From: a virus
Lineage: Duplodnaviria; Heunggongvirae; Uroviricota; Caudoviricetes
Strand: one strand, 5' to 3'
IMG/VR virus record: IMGVR_UViG_2703718837_000008
Location: 1 to 38,421 of that record
DNA: 38,421 nt
Position 1 is the first letter of the stretch, and every line of letters begins with the position of its first letter. Below are positions 36,664 to 38,421 of this stretch, in pieces. A model generated the notes under the pieces. It was not told the origin of the DNA, did no database searches, and saw only the letters and a program-made list of their open reading frames with translations. The translations under genes and the position numbers were made by a program.

Positions 36664-38421
36664 ATGGCAGTAAAGATTTCAGGTGTACTGAAAGACGGCA
36701 CAGGAAAACCGGTACAGAACTGCACAATCCAGCTGAAAGCAAAACGTAACAGCACCACGGTGGTGGTGAACACGCTGGCCTCAGAAAATCCGGATGAAGC
36801 CGGGCGTTACAGCATGGACGTTGAGTACGGTCAGTACAGCGTTATTCTGTTGGTGGAGGGATTCCCGCCATCACATGCCGGGACCATCACCGTGTATGAA
36901 GATTCTCAACCCGGTACGCTGAATGATTTTCTCGGTGCCATGACGGAGGATGATGCCCGTCCGGAGGCTCTGCGCCGTTTTGAACTGATGGTGGAAGAGG
37001 TGGCGCGTAACGCGTCCGCGGTGGCACAGAACACGGCAGCCGCGAAGAAGTCAGCCAGCGATGCCAGCACATCTGCCCGTGAGGCGGCAACCCATGCGAC
37101 TGATGCTGCAGATTCAGCACGCGCAGCCAGCACGTCAGCCGGGCAGGCCGCATCGTCGGCTCAGGAGGCTTCTTCCGGCGCAGAAACGGCATCAGCAAAG
37201 GCCACTGAAGCGGAAAAAAGCGCTGCCGCTGCAGAGTCTTCAAAAAGCGCGGCTGCCACCAGTGCCGGTGCCGCGAAAACATCAGAAACGAATGCCGCAG
37301 CCAGTGCCACCGCCGCCGGAAAATCGGCAGAAAGTGCTGCTTCGTCTGCTTCAACAGCCACAACGAAGGCCGGCGAAGTCGCTGAACAGGCCAGCGCAGC
37401 AGCGAAGTCTGCTTCAGCTGCGAAGACATCCGAGACGAATGCGAAAGCGTCGGAAACCAGTGCTGAATCCTCAAAAACGGCAGCCGCATCGTCCGCCAGT
37501 TCGGCGGCGTCATCGGCATCCTCTGCGTCTGATTCAAAAGATGAGGCGACTAAACAGGCGTCAGCAGCGAAAGGCAGCGCCACGACGGCATCCACGAAGG
37601 CGACAGAGGCAGCTGGCAGTGCGACGGCGGCTGCACAGAGCAAAGGTGCGGCAGAATCCGCGGCAACACGCGCCGAGACAGCAGCAAAACGGGCAGAGGA
37701 TATTGCATCTGCCGTGGCGCTTGAGGATGCGAGCACGACGAAAAAGGGGATAGTGCAGCTAAGTAGTGAGACTGACAGTGACAGTGAACAATACGCTGCA
37801 ACACCAAAAGCAATAAAAGCTGTTATGGACAGGCTTAAAAGTTCCGGCAGTGGTATTTCCCTTGCAGGCAGCCGGAAGGTGTACGCCGGCGGAACGGCTT
37901 TGTTTCAAATCACGGATTATTCTGACTGGGCTGTCTGGTCTGAGCAGGTCAGTGCCGGACAGGTCATGCGTATCGGGGCCGATGTGGCTGTTGTGGTGCC
38001 GGAGGATACCCCTGCGGGCAGTCATATCACCCTGACACTCACCCGCGACGGCAGACAGGCGACCTTTGAGCTGGATGTCGCAGCACCGGCGATTGACGCC
38101 CCGGTCTGGTCATCCCCGACAACGGGCAGCACCGACATCAGCCTGACACCGACGCTACATACTGAAGGGTTTACCTGCCATCCTGACGGTCATGACTGGC
38201 ATCAGCAGAGTGACTGGCAGGTGGCAACGGATGAGGCGTTTACCGATGTCGTATGGTCCTCGATGGCGGACGGTGAACATCTGACACAAATAACACTGCC
38301 GGCGGACACGCTGTCGGTGAACACCCGTTACTTTGCCCGCGTGCGTTTTCGCGGCGCAAGCCTGGAAAGCGGGTGGTCGGAAAACCTGGTTTTTACGACG
38401 GTCAGTGAAATGATTAACACC
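36664..38421 (+). CDS. stf: Side tail fibre protein (lambda Stf-like), 3'-truncated at window edge
   Basis: Open frame from ATG 36664 to the window end with no stop. N-terminus MAVKISGVLKDGTGKPVQNCTIQLKAKRNSTTVVVNT... matches lambda Stf as I recall it, followed by a long Ala/Ser-rich region. Absent from the ORF track because it has no stop in the window. Confidence 0.85.
   Translation, partial: MAVKISGVLKDGTGKPVQNCTIQLKAKRNSTTVVVNTLASENPDEAGRYSMDVEYGQYSVILLVEGFPPSHAGTITVYEDSQPGTLNDFLGAMTEDDARPEALRRFELMVEEVARNASAVAQNTAAAKKSASDASTSAREAATHATDAADSARAASTSAGQAASSAQEASSGAETASAKATEAEKSAAAAESSKSAAATSAGAAKTSETNAAASATAAGKSAESAASSASTATTKAGEVAEQASAAAKSASAAKTSETNAKASETSAESSKTAAASSASSAASSASSASDSKDEATKQASAAKGSATTASTKATEAAGSATAAAQSKGAAESAATRAETAAKRAEDIASAVALEDASTTKKGIVQLSSETDSDSEQYAATPKAIKAVMDRLKSSGSGISLAGSRKVYAGGTALFQITDYSDWAVWSEQVSAGQVMRIGADVAVVVPEDTPAGSHITLTLTRDGRQATFELDVAAPAIDAPVWSSPTTGSTDISLTPTLHTEGFTCHPDGHDWHQQSDWQVATDEAFTDVVWSSMADGEHLTQITLPADTLSVNTRYFARVRFRGASLESGWSENLVFTTVSEMINT

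Noticed and set aside
37061-37753. 230-aa (+) and 191-aa (-) ORFs in the 37.0-37.8 kb region
   Set aside because: Alternative and antisense frames of the Ala/Ser-rich low-complexity stretch of the stf gene, whose true frame starts at 36664. Products are Arg/Pro-rich or poly-Ala artefacts.

Overview
The window is almost entirely one lambdoid prophage of an enterobacterial (E. coli-like) host, read left to right from the integrase end to a side tail fibre gene truncated at the right edge. All calls rest on reading the translations and DNA by eye and on recalled family motifs; no database search was run. Layout: (i) 1-543, an AT-rich Toprim-like (RloB/DUF4276-type) ORF outside the prophage; (ii) 724-4613 (- strand), int, xis and an exonuclease VIII-like gene; (iii) 4693-7429 (- strand), a Qin-like dicA-ydfABC-dicF-dicB-ydfD division-inhibition module, interrupted by an ~0.85 kb insertion carrying a + strand zinc-ribbon ORF; (iv) 7430-9732, divergent repressor/Cro-like immunity switch with TACC-N4-GGTA operators, YdaT-like gene, and a replisome-organiser gene with embedded GTCACG iterons; (v) 9834-12092, an AT-rich single-gene insertion encoding a NACHT/STAND NTPase with an N-terminal nuclease-like domain, which I rate as the most interesting candidate (bacterial NLR-like antiphage protein); (vi) 12100-13012, a hok/mok type I toxin locus plus a candidate 29-aa hydrophobic peptide; (vii) 13085-15560, Rem-like, DUF968/HNH, RusA and Q-like genes with a pR'/tR'-like unit; (viii) 15678-15987, four tRNA genes; (ix) 16519-17695, pinholin, SAR endolysin and Rz/Rz1; (x) 17738-38421, HNH-terminase packaging, HK97-type head and lambda-type tail genes including a G-T -1 frameshift, lom and stf. 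No CRISPR array, rRNA or transposase was seen.
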